From: Eledone cirrhosa
Taxonomy: Eukaryota
DNA: 64,000 bases
Assembly (NCBI GenBank): GCA_964016885.1
Contig: OZ024743.1
Coordinates: forward strand, 182,962,001 to 183,026,000
Reading direction: 5' to 3'
A program made the translations under genes and the position numbers. Of this stretch, positions 25,120 through 36,804 are shown piece after piece. Every line of letters starts with the position of its first letter. The stretch's first letter is position 1. Under the pieces are notes generated by a model. The model was not told where the DNA came from. It made no database searches and was given only the letters and a program-made list of their open reading frames with translations.

Positions 25120-25410
25120 AACCCAGGTTCTGCTGCACGTCGGGCTGAGGGGCCAAACTCCTCAAATACTGGTCGCTCTCTGACAGGTTTAAGGTCGTTC
25201 CCCTGGCAGTGGAAACTTCTGGTGTCCTCGGCCCCAGGGCTACCTCCTTACTCACCACCATAGGCGCTGAGCTGGCCAGCCGTAGGTGTGAGCCCCGCGA
25301 GTTGGAGTGGCTTTTCCAGCGCGTCTCCCTTGCCGTCCTCTGGGGAAACGCCTTCTCCATTCTGTCTGCTGGGGCTGTGGGTGGGCCCCATCACGTACCA
25401 TTACATTAGT
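25120..25410 (+). mobile_element. 3' fragment of a CRE-like RLE non-LTR element
   Basis: KY..LSDRFKVVPLAVETSGVLGP...IG...WLFQRVSLAVLWGNAFSIL. Confidence 0.75.
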
Positions 25411-26334
25411 TAAATACCATTCTTTCATCTCATACACATATATATATGTACGTATGGGTTTACCTATATAACAGGGTGACGGAAGAATAGATGAAGTGTA
25501 GAAAAGTAAACAATATGAAACTTACTACATGTGTGTGTGTCTATTCTTAAAATACGTTATTCATCTCAAGGACTGCTGCTTCGTGGTCTGGCTGTAGACT
25601 GTGTCCGAGAAGGTGAAAGCCAGTAAGGCCAAGAGAGAGAAAGAGTAAAAGGTCTGCTACATCGTTAACCTTAACACGGACTGCTTGCTTCATAGTTTGC
25701 CTGTAGGATTTCCCAAGTCCTTGTATTTATAATAACCCTACAGTTAGAAGGATGTGTATATGAGGTTGATTTATGATCAGCCATGTGGATATTGTCTCTC
25801 AGGAAGCTGGGGTCACAGGTCAAGTGGTATGTACGTTTATCATCCTGTTTCTTGACAGGACAATCGTGGGAAATTCCTGATAATGGGTGGTCTCAGATGC
25901 GAGAACTCTTAGATTTGGTTTCAAATCTTCGCCGGTAAAACATAGGAGTATTCCGTTACAGACCCAACCAAATCACTTCAATTTTGTTTCTAAAGCTTCC
26001 TTAAAGTTGGTTCAATTTCCAAAAAGCTAAAAAAAATGCTGTTCTATTCATGAGTAGAGATTCAGGGATTGTGCTAGAAGCCACAGGTTTATCTCTGATT
26101 TCACATATCAACAAGATCATGTAAGATATTGAAATATTGGGAATAGTATGAGCTGTATTTGCAGACATTTTCTGACAGGACAATGATGATGATGATGACT
26201 TCTATTATGGGTCCTTTCTTATTTGGACTATTTGAGAAATAAAAGAAACAGTGAGCAAGATTGCACACAAAAGAAAAAGGATCTATTTTTCTATTATCAT
26301 CTATTATCATTTATTATCATTTGTTATCATCTGA

Positions 26335-26510
26335 ATTGGCAGTATAGGTAGAGGGTCGGACGCCATGCTTTGCAGCACAGTTACGTCCCTTTACGATCTG
26401 AGTTCAAATCCCGCCGAGGTTAACTTTACCTTTCATCCTTACGGGGTCGATAAAATAAAGTACCAGTAATGCACTGGGTAATTGCTGGCCTTGTGCCATA
26501 AGTAGAAAGA
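26335..26510 (+). mobile_element. Meta-like SINE
   Basis: Near-identical to 13235-13410. Confidence 0.88.
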
Positions 26511-26589
26511 ATTATCATTTGTTATCATCTGTTATCCTCCATTGTCATCTCTTATCATCTATCTATCTATTATCTATCTAAGCTGTTAT

Positions 26590-29202
26590 CTGGGCCCGCG
26601 TGACAGAAGCCAAAAGAGGGAGCAGATCCACTATCCGGTCTTTGCGAGACCAGGATGGACGGGTGATCCTTGAACCTAAGCAGATGTGCGAAGCTTTTCA
26701 AAAGCACTTTGCCGGATTGTTCGGAAGGGGCAGGGGACCGGTTGGGGATGTGGACTTCGGTCCATACCTCGACGGCCTGCCGCGTCTCTCGGACAGGGAG
26801 GCGAAGTCCTGCGAGGAGCCGATTTCAGCCGTTGAGATAGAGGACGTGCTGAGCCAATGCGGCAAATGCAAATCCCCGGGTCTCGATGGTCTTCCTTACG
26901 AATTATATCTAGCTATGCCGGACTTGTTCCCCGATCTCCTCGAGGCGGTCTACTGCAACTGGCAACAGAACGGGAGAATTCCCTGTGCTGTGACCAAGGG
27001 CGTAGTCACGCTAGTGAGGAAGGACGAGAACAAGGGGGACAATATAAATAATTTCAGGCCCATAACTCTGCTAAATACAGAGTTACAGATTTTGGCCAAG
27101 GTGCTAGCAAAGAGGTTGGCGCTTGTCGTGGGCAACCTGGTGGGAGATGCGCAGACATGTGCTATCCCGTCCAGGTCCATCCACGATAACCTCCACCTCA
27201 TGCGATACATCATAGAGAGGGTTGGGAACGAACCCGGCTTTGGTGGGGCCCTGATCAACTTGGATCAATCTAAGGCATTCGATAGGGTCGACCATGGTTA
27301 CCTGGATGCGGTGCTAGCGGCGGCAGGCTTCAGACCCGTTTTCAGGGGCTGGATCAATGCCATGCACAGCAGCCGCATCTGCTCTAGGGTCAAGGTGAAC
27401 GGCTACCTCTCGGAGCCGTTCGAAATCGCGCGGTCCATCCGACAGGGGTGCCCTCTCTCCTCCCTTCTGTATGTAATGACTCTAGAGCCACTGCTGCGGA
27501 AGTTGGAGTTGTTGCAGGGCATCCCGTTGGAACCGGGATTGCGGAAAGCGGTGTCAGCCTACGCTGATGACGTAACAGTAATGGTGTCGACGGCCTCGGA
27601 AATCGGGGCGATCGGCACCTTACTGGAGGAGTACGAAAGGTTTACAGGGGCTAAGCTGAACCGGGACAAGTCGATCGGTCTGCAACTCGGCACATGGAGG
27701 GGCAGATCGATGCCCTCCGATGGCGTCGTCGGGTGCTGGACGGAGGGCCCAGTGAAGTTGCTCGGGGTCTGGTTTGGACCAGACCTCCAGGTGGAGAAGA
27801 ACTGGGGTGAGGTGACGAACAGGGTGTTTGCACTGACCCAGAAGTGGGCCGAGTGCAAACTGTCCCTGAAAGGTCGGGCGGAGGTGGCGAACACTTATAT
27901 AGCGTCCGTCATCTACTACCGCCTGACCGTTGTGCCTTGCCCAAGGGAAACGCTCGCCAAAATGGAGCGCGCACTCTTCCAATTCCTTTGGAAGAAGCGA
28001 GCTCCTATGGTGAGGAGATCCATCTGCTGTCAACACCCTTCGAAAGGAGGGCTGGGGATGCCGTGGCTAATGATACGTAAACACGCATTAAGGCTACGGC
28101 ACCTTCAGGTATTCCTCTCCGGTCAACCGGTGTGGGCCCCGTTTGTGAGGCGAGCCTTTCCCAGACTCGTCTCACTCACCGAGCTGCAATCCTGGGTCAA
28201 GCAAAGACCGAGAAAACTGGGCGCCTGGCACACCGAGTGTGCCCAGGCGCTCACGGCTCTCTGGCAGGCGGATCCGGCTGTCAGTGGAGAATCCACCTCG
28301 TCATTCTATAGAGGGCTGGTGGTTAGCAGGTGCAACGACGCCCTCGGAGAAGCCCTAGGCATGGAGGAAGACGAACTGGCCAACCTGTTCGGTAGGACAT
28401 TCAGCCCGGGACCCATGGATAACTTCCAGAGGTCCCTGGCCTGGCAATGCTACAGAAGGGCTCTGCCCGTTCGAGAAAGGCTCTACAGACACGGGCGCCC
28501 GGGTAGGGACCCATCGAAAAAGATCTGTCCCAGATGTGTGTGCGACGAGGAAACCGTTGCACACGCATTGGTACACTGCTCGGGCATTGCCGATCTGTGG
28601 GGCTATGTCAAACAACTGCTGTCAGGGGTGGGACCGATCCGGTTGACCACTGAGTCTATTGTAACGATCAAGCCGCCTCCCCTCTTCAAAAACGAAGGAG
28701 AGGCGGTGTTTCTGTGCGTAATAGCCATGGCGAAAGAGGTATGGTGGACGCGTCTGAAAGGACTGAGGTCAGACACCTTTCTCTCTGGCCAACAACTGGT
28801 CCGTTTCTTCCGATATCATTTCGGAAGAAGGATCAGGATGGAGAGAGAGGTGCTGCACCCCAGCCGTTTCTATGAAAGATGGGTGAAAGTGGCGAGAATG
28901 GCCCGTGTGAATGGGCCTTCACTCTACATCAGACTATAGGTGAGGAAGATGAAAGACCAAGGGAGCACCCCTTCTCTGTGCTCCTGAGGAGAAGGGTTGC
29001 ACATTTTTTTCGGGGGTGTGTGCGACCCCCCAAGGCGCCTCCTCTCTATTGAGGACTTTGTTATAAATTTTATTTTTTGTTAGATTTTATTTTATTTTTA
29101 TATATTGTTATTGCCTCCTCCTTATTGAGGACGCCTTGTTTTGTAAACTCCCCCCATTGTACTTGTCCCACTTTTGATGCCCTGGTGGCAAATAAAAGAA
29201 AC
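26590..29202 (+). mobile_element. 5'-truncated L1/Tx1-clade LINE
   Basis: Uninterrupted ORF, T-rich 3' UTR and terminal aataaaaga; flanked by degenerate TATC repeats. Confidence 0.93.
26600..28939 (+). CDS. Tx1-like ORF2 (RT and C-terminal zinc knuckle; endonuclease lost by truncation)
   Basis: KSPGLDGLPYE, NFRPITLLN, LDQSKAFDRVDH, IRQGCPLS, AYADD, KGGLG, CPRC...ETVAHALVHC. Confidence 0.93.
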   Translation: MTEAKRGSRSTIRSLRDQDGRVILEPKQMCEAFQKHFAGLFGRGRGPVGDVDFGPYLDGLPRLSDREAKSCEEPISAVEIEDVLSQCGKCKSPGLDGLPYELYLAMPDLFPDLLEAVYCNWQQNGRIPCAVTKGVVTLVRKDENKGDNINNFRPITLLNTELQILAKVLAKRLALVVGNLVGDAQTCAIPSRSIHDNLHLMRYIIERVGNEPGFGGALINLDQSKAFDRVDHGYLDAVLAAAGFRPVFRGWINAMHSSRICSRVKVNGYLSEPFEIARSIRQGCPLSSLLYVMTLEPLLRKLELLQGIPLEPGLRKAVSAYADDVTVMVSTASEIGAIGTLLEEYERFTGAKLNRDKSIGLQLGTWRGRSMPSDGVVGCWTEGPVKLLGVWFGPDLQVEKNWGEVTNRVFALTQKWAECKLSLKGRAEVANTYIASVIYYRLTVVPCPRETLAKMERALFQFLWKKRAPMVRRSICCQHPSKGGLGMPWLMIRKHALRLRHLQVFLSGQPVWAPFVRRAFPRLVSLTELQSWVKQRPRKLGAWHTECAQALTALWQADPAVSGESTSSFYRGLVVSRCNDALGEALGMEEDELANLFGRTFSPGPMDNFQRSLAWQCYRRALPVRERLYRHGRPGRDPSKKICPRCVCDEETVAHALVHCSGIADLWGYVKQLLSGVGPIRLTTESIVTIKPPPLFKNEGEAVFLCVIAMAKEVWWTRLKGLRSDTFLSGQQLVRFFRYHFGRRIRMEREVLHPSRFYERWVKVARMARVNGPSLYIRL

Positions 29203-29309
29203 ATATCTATTATCTATCATCTATTTATCAATTATCATCTATTAAATTCTATTTATCTATTATCATCTATTTATCTATAATAATAATAATAATAATAATG
29301 ATAATAATA

Positions 29310-29990
29310 ATGAAATTATTGTGTAAAGTGCTCAGGTGCACTACAACTCGTCAAAGGTGCATGTATAGTACATAGAATAATATACAAATGTCATAGAAGT
29401 GAATAGTGTATGAGTCATGATATACATGTGTGTATGTGTGTGGAGGGGAACATTAGGTGTAGTGTTGGCGAATCTCGGGAAGCATGGAGGTTTTAAAGGA
29501 TGTAGTGTCTCGACAGCTAACAACTGATGCAGGTAGTTTGTTCCATGCTTCAGCAACTCTGAGCGTGAAAAAATGTTTCTGAAAGTCATGGGAGCTGTGT
29601 TGTTTTCTGACTTTGTGGGCATGCCCACATGTGTTAGACACATGGAAATCAAAAAGGTACTCAGGGTTGTTGTTGGCAAGATGGTTAACAATTCTGTGGG
29701 TGTTTACCAAGTCAGTTGCCAGGCGTCGGAGCTTCAATGTATCCATGTCCAGGGAAGCAAGGCATTCAGAGTATGGTAGATGCCTGATGGAGGGTATTAG
29801 CTTGGTTGCATGTCTCTGAACAGTTTCCAGACGGTCAATGTTCTGAGCAAGATAGGAGTTCCAGACTGGTGATGCAAATTCTAAGTGTGGCCGCACCATA
29901 GCCATGGATAGCTGGAGAGTGGCTGACAAAGGTCTTGCTGAGTGATGCTAAGACACCCTCGGCCCTCTTGACAATTTTAGAGACGTGCTT
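29310..29990 (-). mobile_element. 3' fragment of the CR1-group family seen at 49701-53960
   Basis: VRPHLEFASPVWN...FTLRVAEAWNKLP; same 3' UTR; (TTA)n tail. Confidence 0.92.
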
Positions 29991-30159
29991 TTAGTAATAA
30001 TGACAAGGGGACACAATTTTACAGTTTTATCAACTTGAACAGATAATAAAGAAGACAAATAAAACTGGAAAGAAGGGAGTGGGGGAAAAATAAAAAAAAA
30101 CCTTTAAACTATTGGCTGGGCAGTACATCTCAGTTGTACTTCACAATCAAGTGTGACCA

Positions 30160-30390
30160 TTACTGTAAAGAACAGCCAGGATTACCCCATTCCACCTCAT
30201 GGACCTTTGTCCTCAAGTGAGATACCCTCCTCCTGATTTTGAGGAAAACAGTTGTCTAAAAATGAAGAACACCAGAAGCCTGAATGGCAACTGGCACAAA
30301 AAGGTAACTATCGGTAAAATCCTCATAATTTGTTATTTTCTGCAACTCAGCAGTATGGAAGGGAATCTCTGGGTTTGTGGCCAAGGTTAA
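30160..30390 (-). mobile_element. Degenerate CRE-like 3' fragment
   Basis: NYEDFTDSYLFVPVAIQASGVL...EVEW...LAVLYSN. Confidence 0.55.
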
Positions 30391-30468
30391 AACCAGAGAT
30401 ATAGATAGATGATAATAAATGATAATAGACAATAATAGATAAGAGATAAATAGATGATAACAGATGAT

Positions 30469-30764
30469 AACTGCCAGTGTCATTCCTCTGTTCAAAAAGG
30501 GTGACCGCACATCACCTGTGAACTATCGTCCAGTCAGTCTTACTAGTTGCATTGCCAAACTGATGGAATCCTGTGTCAGTGAAACACTTTGGAACTTCTG
30601 GAACTCTCACAGTCTTATTCGGCCCTCGCAATTTGGATTTATCCCCAACTCCAGCTGCTGTGATCAACTTATCGAGTTTCTTGAAGACATCACCCGGATC
30701 ACTGATGGCGGCTCATGGGTGGATGTTGTTTATCTTGACTTTGCAAAAGCTTTCAATTCTGTGC
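30469..30764 (+). pseudogene. Internal RT fragment of the same CR1-group family
   Basis: TASVIPLFKKGDRTSPVNYRPVSLTS...YLDFAKAFNSV, nearly identical to the ORF at 49804-52563. Confidence 0.92.
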
Positions 30765-30802
30765 TACCGCACACCACACCATACGCACACGCCCCCCTGA
30801 TC

Positions 30803-33594
30803 TCAAGGATCAATTTTCCGCTCGTCCTTCTGCATATGAATGTCTGCTGTCCAGGTTGGTGGTTTGCGACTTCTTTGCGATCTCCGCAGTGTTGGGGCGG
30901 CACTTTGGGTTTCCTCTTCCTCGGAGTCCATTGACACAGTAATTCTACGGACATCCAGGACATGATGTGGTACTCCGTCCACGGACACATTATTCTGGGA
31001 ATTTACAACCGTCACCATTCCCCTTCCCCATTGAGATGTGCAACGTGCATCTGGGGGCTTAACCCAGACTTCTTCGCCCACCTGCACGAATGCATTCTCT
31101 CTCCCCACTGGCCGTTGTGGTGGCGTGCACAGGTGCCGCCACTCGTATCTGAATACTGCTCTGTGTGGCACCGATTCCTCAACCTGTCCCACCCGAGGGG
31201 ACATGTTGTATGAGAACACTGCCTCCATTGGTGAGATGTGGCCCCGCTCCGCCATTGCTTTGATCGTCCGGTGGTGTCGCTCCATGATTCCATTTCCGCT
31301 CGGCCTGTATGCTGCTCTGAAGAAACGGTCCACCTTCCATCTATCGAGCATCTCCCTCAGCGCCTCCGAGCGGAACGCTGCGCTGTTGTCCATCAGCAGT
31401 TCATCCACAGGGCCCCGCTCCAAGAACACCTCTCTCAACGTCCGCATGATTTCTTCGGCCGTTCCAGTCTTCATCTCCCTCCATATCGCCATCCGTCCCG
31501 GTCCACAGTCGACCATCGAGAAGTATGTTCCCTGTCGGTAGTGTGTTACATCCACTGCCAATCGCTTCCAGTTGCGATCCACCGGGAGGCTTCCCGTTTC
31601 GTGCACACCCGGGGCGGGATCAATGGACTGACATCGGACGCAGCCTCTAACCACTCTTTGAACACTGTCTCTGTTAACGTCCGAGTCGATTCTCCTGGCT
31701 AGGAACAGTCCTATCCACTCCCATGTGGTGCATGTCATGCAACCCTTGCAGATCCGACTCGGTCAGCCGACACACGGCAGCTATCTCTTCTTCTACCTCC
31801 TCTGGCGCTTTCATCCAGGCTTTCTTCACCCTGGTTAAGTCGTCCGCCCTATTTTTCTCTGAGGGCACGAAAACTACGCTCAGCCTCAGGTCGAACTCGG
31901 TGGCCAGCTCTCCTAAAGTTCCCAGGCAGCGCTTTATCAGCATCTCCGCCACCCCTCTCGTTCGCACTCTCTTCTCACTGGTGAGCACTGATCTCACCCA
32001 TCCGAGTACAGTAGCCGAGTCGGTGCGTATCTCGATGGTGCGCAGTCCCCACCTCAGGGCGAGGTTCACCCCTCTCAACACCGCCTCCAGTTCGGCCACA
32101 TTTATGTGGTTGCAGTCGTCCTTCTTCCTAAGCCAGGCTGCATCCTCAACCTCAACACCTCCTATCTCCAACGTGACACCTAGTGCTATGCTGCTGGCAT
32201 CGCACCATACGGTCCCGCTCTGCGATTTGGAAACATACCAGCGTCCCCGCACTGGGGCGTCGGCCTTCACCCTCTCCACGATCTCCTGCATCATGGCCAC
32301 CGTCCTCTCTCCCACTCTGTCACTCCAAGTCACCCCTCCTGCTCGTCTCTTGACATAGCTGCATGCCATCCGGAGCCACCCACCAATCGGGTAGTGACCC
32401 ACCAACTTTCCACACACCGAGAAAAGCTCCCGCCTACTCATACTTGGGCCCAGTTCTGGAACTTCATTTCCCCTCTGGAATACCAAGACGCACGTCCTGT
32501 CTCGCCGTAGCCTAAGTCCCAGTATAGCTCCTCCCTCCAACGCTTCTGACGGCTTTGCAGCCAGTCCATACCCCTGTAAATGGCTCGTGACCTCTGGCGC
32601 CGACACTACAGACTCGTCCACTAGGATGTCGTCAATGTAGGAATTAGTGGTCCTCTTCATCTTGTCAGCCTTTCCCAGAATGGCCTTGAGGACCACCGCC
32701 ATGATCTTCGGTGCGGAGCTCAGCTCGAAACCGAGCCTGGTCAGGCAATATGTCCGGCACTTATACCTGACCAGCTGATACTGCCAGAGCTTCTCATCTA
32801 TATGCAATTGCAAGTATGCCGACTTTAGATCTACGATTGCGGAACCCCCCCGTCATGCGTCTCCACTCATGCAGGGTTTCCCCACAGACATCCGTGACCT
32901 CGACACCCGTGTGGCATGACACGTGCTCGTTCAGCTCCCAAAAGTCCAGTACCGGCCTCACCTTGTTCTTCGTGGGTTGCAACACCGCCATTAACGGCAA
33001 TACTCCGCACTTCACCTCCTCTTTCCAAAGCAGTATGCCCTCCTCAATCCATCTCTCTACCTCTCGCTCGAACTCGCTCCTAATGTCTCCCTTCAATGTT
33101 TGTTGATAGCAGCCCACTTTGGTCTTCAGTGTTGGTGGTTCTCTCTTCCAGTACCACTCAACAACCCATCGCTGCCCATCGAACACGGCCTTGAAGTCTT
33201 TGTCCTGCACAGTGTAAGCGGGGTATTTCTCCTCGTGGGCCTTCTGGTTCTCCCGTCGTGTACTCACAGTGCATACCGATGCGGCGCCGCCAAACGACAC
33301 ACCGACGTTGTTCACTGTGACGCCTCCTAGGCGGCTAATTGTGTCCATGCCTATAACCACGCCGATCCTATCCACCACGTTGTCGACTACGGTGGCAGAA
33401 AGCCTTATTTTCCTTCCCCGTACTGCCATCTCCACCTCGCTGCGACCTTGGCATTCAATTTTCCTACCGTCGACTGCCCTTATGCTGCTCTTCCCTCTCC
33501 AACTCTGCGCCACCCCTGCGGTCATCAGTGTCGTCATACAGCCCGTGTCCACGAGGGCTCGCTGTGGCTTTCCCCTCACAAAGACTTCCACCAC
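30803..33594 (-). pseudogene. Gypsy pol (protease, RT, RNase H, integrase) in three frames
   Basis: ALVDTGC; RPVLDF; YIDDIL; WCDASS, ELEAV, RTDS; HHMG, CVRCQ, AVDVT, MDNS, GNGIMER. Confidence 0.92.
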
Positions 33595-33605
33595 GGGCAG
33601 CGCCT

Positions 33606-34367
33606 CTACTCGTAAGGGGCAACTACCGGCGCAGTAGTTCCCCTTGGATCGTTTCCCTGGTCACAGTTAGTAGCGATGTGGCCTGGTCGCTTACACCGGT
33701 AGCATATTATTTCCGGCCTTGACTCTCTACAGTCTCTTGCCATGTGCGGGCCCTGGCACCTAAAACAGCGACCTCTAAACGTTCGCAGGCGACCGCATGC
33801 CATGGTTGCCTCCCTTTCACCATTTCGCTGCCAGCTGTCTTGGACCTCTGTAGTTGCTATCGCCGCGACACTCTTCTTGGCATCTTCTGCTATGATGCGG
33901 GCTTGCTCCACCAGTGCACGCATCTCCATTTCTTTGTAACCCGGGACTTGCTGCAGTTTCACCGCTATGTCGTCTGGAAATCCATTTATGAACACCAACC
34001 GCACCGTGCATTCGCATTCCACCTGATATCCAGCCAACATGGCCAATCGCCGTATTTCTGCTGCGAAAATGTCAACGCGTTCACCGTTCCATCTAATTCT
34101 TGCCATCTTAGCAAAAGCAGCTAACGGTCCGTCCACGAACGCTTCCATCATGCGCCTCTCAATCTTTTGCGCATCCCTTTGGCTGTGTTCATCCATCTCA
34201 AGGAAGAGTACCAACGCGTCCCCCTTGAGGTACAGTGCCATGAGGCCAGCCACATCTTCTATCTTCTGTAAGCTTGCGACCAGCCGGACTTTTCGCAGCC
34301 AAGCGACAACATCGCCTTCACCGGTAAATGCCCTAATCGCTTTGCTCGTTCGTAGTCTCGTCGCCAT
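33606..34367 (-). CDS. Gypsy gag with two CCHC zinc knuckles
   Basis: CFRCQGPHMARDC and CYRCKRPGHIATNC; ATG start. Confidence 0.92.
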   Translation of the reverse strand: MATRLRTSKAIRAFTGEGDVVAWLRKVRLVASLQKIEDVAGLMALYLKGDALVLFLEMDEHSQRDAQKIERRMMEAFVDGPLAAFAKMARIRWNGERVDIFAAEIRRLAMLAGYQVECECTVRLVFINGFPDDIAVKLQQVPGYKEMEMRALVEQARIIAEDAKKSVAAIATTEVQDSWQRNGEREATMACGRLRTFRGRCFRCQGPHMARDCRESRPEIICYRCKRPGHIATNCDQGNDPRGTTAPVVAPYE

Positions 34368-34799
34368 ATCCTAATTTGTCTTGCGGTATGTAAATAAAAC
34401 AACAACAGACTCCTCTCTGTTTTTCCAGTAGCTTTTTTTCGAGAAAGTTATTTTTTTATTTTATTTTTTTTTCAATCAGATCTCAGTTTCCAGTGCCGAA
34501 ATAGCTTGTGGTTAGAAAAAGCTACTTCACTTACCGCTTTTCACGGGCACCGTTAGATCCCATGGCTGGTTTCTCCTCTTCCACGTGCATACAATCCAAC
34601 TCGTTAAAACCGGGAGCTGCAAAACTCGTGTCCACCACGTTCCTGATCACCGCTAGAGAGAGGCTGACCTGCTGGCTCTTCCGGTCGAGCACCCTTCCGG
34701 CCAAGCACCCTTCCGGTCAAGCACTCTTCCGGTCGAGCACTCCCCAGCTTCCGGCCACCGCACACCACACCATACCCACAAAATTAAAATACTTGAAAT

Positions 34800-34920
34800 A
34801 AATGACCACCTGGACTTGTGAGAAACTGGTACAAACTTTGGTATAATGACCACCTGGACTTGTGGGAAACTGTTGCAAACTTTGGTATAATGACCACCTG
34901 AACTTGTGGGAAACTGACAG
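34800..34920. repeat. Short tandem repeat, ~43-bp unit, 3 copies
   Basis: aatgaccacctggacttgtg.gaaactg...caaactttggtat. Confidence 0.8.
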
Positions 34921-35084
34921 ACTTTGCTACAAATTCAATCATTCTAATAGCGGTCAGGTAAAGCTACAATTCACCTCAAGACTTCCATTTGACCCTCTTC
35001 AGAATAACTATATTAGCACTGAATCAAACATGGAAAATTTACAACCACACAAACATTGAAGCAGTACCAATAACCTCATTATCA

Positions 35085-35300
35085 GTTAAATACTGAGGTC
35101 TGACCAAGTACTTCCTCTTTGTACTGGTCTCTCTTGAGACCTCAGGTGTTCTTGGTCCTTGCATTGCTGGATTCCTCTGTAAAATTGGAAAGACGGCAGC
35201 CTGTCTGAAGAAGGATCTCTGTGATGTGGGGTGGCTGTTGCAGTGGGTGTTTCTGGCCATTCTCCATAGTAATGCCTTTGCCATTCTGTCCATGGGGCAT
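35085..35300 (+). mobile_element. Degenerate CRE-like 3' fragment
   Basis: KY*GLTKYFLFVLVSLETSGVLGP...IG...WLLQWVFLAILHSNAFAIL. Confidence 0.65.
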
Positions 35301-36064
35301 GGCTGAGATACCGCTCTGACTGGGGTGTGGTACCTGTCTCTATCCCCCCTCTCCCTTTCTTTCATTGCTTGAGAAAGGTTTGATGTGGCCAACTGGTCTG
35401 TCCCTCCTCATAACAGAGCCATCCAGTAAATGTGGTTGGTATTAGGAAGGGCATCCAGCTGTAAAAACCCCAGCCAAATTTCCAGTACTGTCTGAGCAAG
35501 GTATGGCGCGGTCAATTCTGGCTAAACTTGTCTCTTGATGTTGACGACCCGTCTGACCCATGCAAGCATGGAAAAAAGGACGTTAAATGATAATGACGAT
35601 GATAGCAGCTCACAGAGCTTAATCCACTGGATTCAAACAGGCACCGCAACACGAGAATACTAATTGCAGCTGAACTCAAACAGCTTCGCATCTCGTTGCA
35701 CACTGATCGTCCATGACGGCCATCCGTCTTGTTGTTTTTGCCCAACTCGCTGGGAAAGCAACAAACTGAACTGGACTTGTCAGCATTTCGGCCACTTCTG
35801 TGGATTCGCCCGAATTATGGAATTTACACTGCAACCCACCTACAGATTAAACTTGTTTTTTTATTTTTTCTTTACAAAGCAACCAGCCATTTTTTCCTGG
35901 CTCCACAGCACATTCGACAATACATCTGGGGGCCATCATTTTCTCGCCAGCACTGGTAAACTACCATAATAGCTTTGTTCACAGCTACTGGTACAACGCT
36001 TACCATTAACATTTAATGCAAGAACAGCAACTTCGCCCATGTCAGACTTTATCTGTTTTCTGGT

Positions 36065-36710
36065 AGGCCCTAGCAAGTCTGGTTCAGTTTCAAGACGCTC
36101 GAGGATGTCCTGGCACACTTGTATGCGCCGACCCTTCTGGTCATCGTTTAGCAGTTTTGGCACCATCTTCGCGCAGACTTTCCGCATGTCCAAATCTTCA
36201 GTGAGAATCTTCCAGACGCTGTCTCGATTCATGCCCAGCTCATTTGCCATCAGTTAAACAGTCAGCCGATGATCGCTACGCACCATCTGCCTGACGCGCT
36301 CAATGTTGACCTCAGTCCTGGTTGTTGAGGGCTTTCCGCTCCTGGGGTCATCATCCACGTCCTTGCATCTTTCTTTAAACCTCTTGCACCACTCAAAAAC
36401 ACCTGAGCGTGACATCGTCTCATCTCCATACACTTGCTGCAGCAATCCAAGTGCTTCTGACGGAGTTTTCCCCAAGAGTACCAGAAACTTCAAGTTTGTT
36501 CGTTGCTCTGTGCTTGCTCATTGCTTAACGACCTGAAACAGAGGACATGTATATAAAATTATGAAGAAAAAAGTTTTATCGCTGCAGAGAGCTAAGATTA
36601 CAGTTACATACACCAGGGGCATTACTGAAGGAGAAAACTCTTAGTGTGAAGTTTGGGTTTGAAATAAATCTTTTGTCACATCAGTCCTGGAACTTTTCTG
36701 ACACACCTCG
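36065..36710 (-). mobile_element. Truncated mariner transposon (left TIR and HTH region)
   Basis: TA|CGAGGTGTGTCAGAAAAGTTCC terminus; ORF pieces KFLVLLGKT...DDPRSGKP and KVCAKMVPKLL (WVPHEL-type motif); no DDD domain or second TIR seen. Confidence 0.88.
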
Positions 36711-36804
36711 TATATTATATACAAAGGAAGCTTGACTAGGACTCGTCCCACCCTTGCAAGCAGGGTAAAGTGGGCGTAAAATGATGATAATGATGATGAT
36801 GATG

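Larger units (their letters stand above)
30766..34780 (-). mobile_element. Gypsy LTR retrotransposon, frameshifted pol, 3' LTR truncated to ~24 bp
   Basis: 5' LTR 34780-34507 (TGTGGGTA...TAACCACA); PPT aggggggcg then TGTGCGTATGG at 30789; domain order gag-PR-RT-RH-IN. Confidence 0.93.

Noticed and set aside
25760-26175. Possible host exon
   Set aside because: Multiple stops; faint resemblance to decayed CR1/L2 RT motifs (RDSGIVL...SHINKI), too weak to annotate.
29310-30764. Twin-priming inversion of one CR1 copy
   Set aside because: The two oppositely oriented pieces are separated by ~480 bp of unrelated, more decayed sequence and are not contiguous in the parent.
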